From: Octopus sinensis | Lineage: Eukaryota | Reading direction: 5' to 3' | DNA length: 64,000 bases | Assembly: GCF_006345805.1 (NCBI RefSeq) | Contig: NC_043009.1 | Coordinates: 17,608,001-17,672,000, forward strand | In this document: one piece after another, positions 62,561-64,000 of the stretch | How the letters are laid out: each line of letters opens with the position of its first letter | Numbering within the stretch: the stretch's first letter is position 1 | Position numbers and translations under genes: made by a program | Notes under the pieces: model-generated | Databases searched by the model: none | What the model was told of the DNA's origin: nothing | Seen by the model: only the letters and a program-made list of their open reading frames with translations

Positions 62561-63602
62561 AAACTTAAAAAGATGAAAAAAACTAAACTGATGATGATGA
62601 AATTGAGTGAAACGAAGCCAAAACATCACTGAATGGAAGAACGATTGATTAAAAAGCTACATTTACTCTCAGAGGCAATGAAAATGAAAATAAAAAGGCT
62701 TTAAATTGATTTCTGTAATAAGTTACTGAACTGTAGTGAATGAATGAGATGAAGAGAGACCACACCAGAAGAATTAACTGAAGGTGCTTCTACATAGTCA
62801 TGCAACCAGCTAGAAATAACAGCCAAATCTTCCTCACATCATACACTCCAACAGACTAAAAGAATTGAAAGGACACATTAGATAGTATAGTGCTAGATAT
62901 ACCTAAAAAGACAGGATGGTCAAAGCTGAAATGTTTTTGATGCCTAGATCAACTGAATGAGGATGGATCTGGGGCTAAACAACAGAGAGATCAGTTGTAA
63001 TATATATCAGCTTGGGAATTAGCAATTAGATCAACTGAAAATACAATAATATTTTCTTTACTAAATTGTCAGAAGGCACAGGAATTGAGTACGGTTGTTG
63101 AGTGTTGGGAAAAACCTGGGACAAATTGGTTAGAACATTAGTCGGCTAATCAAGTAATGAAGTTGTTGTCCTGGTTACATATGAATTGCCACCCAACCAT
63201 CACCCTCAATTGATATAAGTGTAAAAGTGATGTACATGAGTGGATGTGGGGAGTAATAAACTTACCAGTCGCAGAATGAGTGGAATGAAAATAATAAGAG
63301 AATTTATTAGGTATCCTTTCAGCTTCCAATTGTCACAAAAGTTAACATTATTTATCACTTCACTCCTATGGAATAGACAGTGGAATAAGCTAGAACCAAT
63401 TTTCAACTCAACACTACTTACACTTGATATTACACTCAGTGAATGGTTCAAGTATCACACTCAATGACACACTAAAATAACAAACATACTCCACAATGGT
63501 CAGTGCCACATAAAATGGCACTGTGTTAAAAGATCATGGTTCTTAACCACATTTCCCCATCCAATCCACCTGCCTGACAACTAGCTGTGATATGCAAGTT
63601 AA

Positions 63603-63825
63603 CCCTTTAGCATTTGAATTGGCAATATCCAGCCCAAAATTTTCTACCTGTTCTATGTTCAAACTGACTAGATCTGGCCTCTCACACCTACCTAACAATG
63701 TCAATCAAAACATAAATATTCACATCATTGAAATTTCAAAGCTACAAGATAACGCATGATTAATTCATGTCAATGTGAATGAATATGTATTACATTTGAC
63801 AAGAGTAATCTGAATGCTGTGAGGG
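63603..63825. mobile_element. TTAA-flanked MITE, family 1 (reverse orientation)
   Basis: TTAA|CCCTTTAGCATTT...; the reverse complement aligns with 24566-24786. Confidence 0.8.
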
Positions 63826-64000
63826 CTACACTGTGTCATGACCTTCTGTTTTATAGGCTTAACATCACACAGATAAATTTAGTAAAATGTGAAGCAAGAG
63901 AACACTCACTTCTTGGTTATTTTATAGATATTTTCTTTACTAAAACACAACCACTACTATCTTCATCCTTTCAAAACTACCATTACCATCATAATCACAC

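Overview
AT-rich eukaryotic non-coding DNA, intergenic or deep intronic. The SINE, LINE and microsatellite make-up looks like an octopus (coleoid cephalopod) genome; this is inferred from recognising the repeats, not proven. I found no intact host protein-coding gene. Almost all ORFs in the track are artefacts of (TA)n/(CA)n/(TACA)n microsatellites. The window is a graveyard of mobile DNA: several RTE LINE fragments, R4/Dong-like and HERO-like restriction-endonuclease LINE relics, a Tx1/L1-like relic, a Tc1 transposase relic, an internally deleted piggyBac transposase, TTAA-flanked and hAT-type MITEs, a non-autonomous Helitron, many tRNA-derived SINEs and a 5S rRNA pseudogene. The most interesting signals are: (i) an apparently complete type-I hammerhead ribozyme at 15858-15949, plus several decayed hammerhead-like cores; (ii) a recurring class of short fold-back inserts sitting in TA-rich microsatellites, probably Penelope-like element footprints; (iii) a tRNA-head SINE-like element joined to a hammerhead half-core; (iv) a decayed Bicaudal-D coding fragment next to a gag-like zinc knuckle and a textbook 73-nt intron. 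All translations and alignments were done by eye, and element boundaries are approximate unless TSDs or TIRs are quoted.
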